From Callorhinchus milii (lineage: Eukaryota), in NCBI RefSeq assembly GCF_018977255.1, contig NW_024704742.1, positions 24,368,001 to 24,432,000 of the forward strand: a stretch of 64,000 nt of DNA. Direction: 5' to 3'. Of the stretch, positions 63,961-64,000 are shown in pieces (the first letter of the stretch is position 1; every line of letters starts with the position of its first letter). Below the pieces are notes generated by a model that made no database searches, was not told the origin of the DNA, and worked only from the letters and a program-made list of their open reading frames with translations. A program made the translations under genes and the position numbers.

Positions 63961-64000
63961 GATCCACCCAGGAAAGTTATTCATACTATTTATTTATTTA

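Overview
This window is eukaryotic, repeat-rich and essentially non-coding; it is not prokaryotic, and no operons, CRISPR arrays or rRNA are present. The repeat complement points to a cartilaginous fish, possibly a chimaera (inference from remembered family signatures, not a search). It includes tRNA-derived SINEs with L2-type 3' tails, Deu-domain (SacSINE1-like) SINEs, LF-SINE-like relics, L2 and CR1 LINE fragments, a Tx1/L1 3' end with a 15-bp TSD, and Penelope-type terminal fragments. No intact protein-coding gene can be supported: the long ORFs are translations of GT/CA minisatellites or decayed LINE ORF2. Unique sequence holds candidate promoters and first exons (minus-strand exon at 54-133 with a CTCF-like site; paired RFX X-boxes and a donor at about 13.2-13.5 kb; a promoter-like block at 54.3-55.1 kb) and several homeodomain-motif-rich, CNE-like blocks. 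The most interesting signals are a young SINE family derived from a longer one by internal deletion, whose 3' stem-loop covaries with the resident L2 tail; degenerate minimal hammerhead ribozymes in the Penelope fragments; and an unclassified poly(A)-terminated retroelement with a terminal hairpin in six copies. I cannot support a claim of a wholly new biological system.
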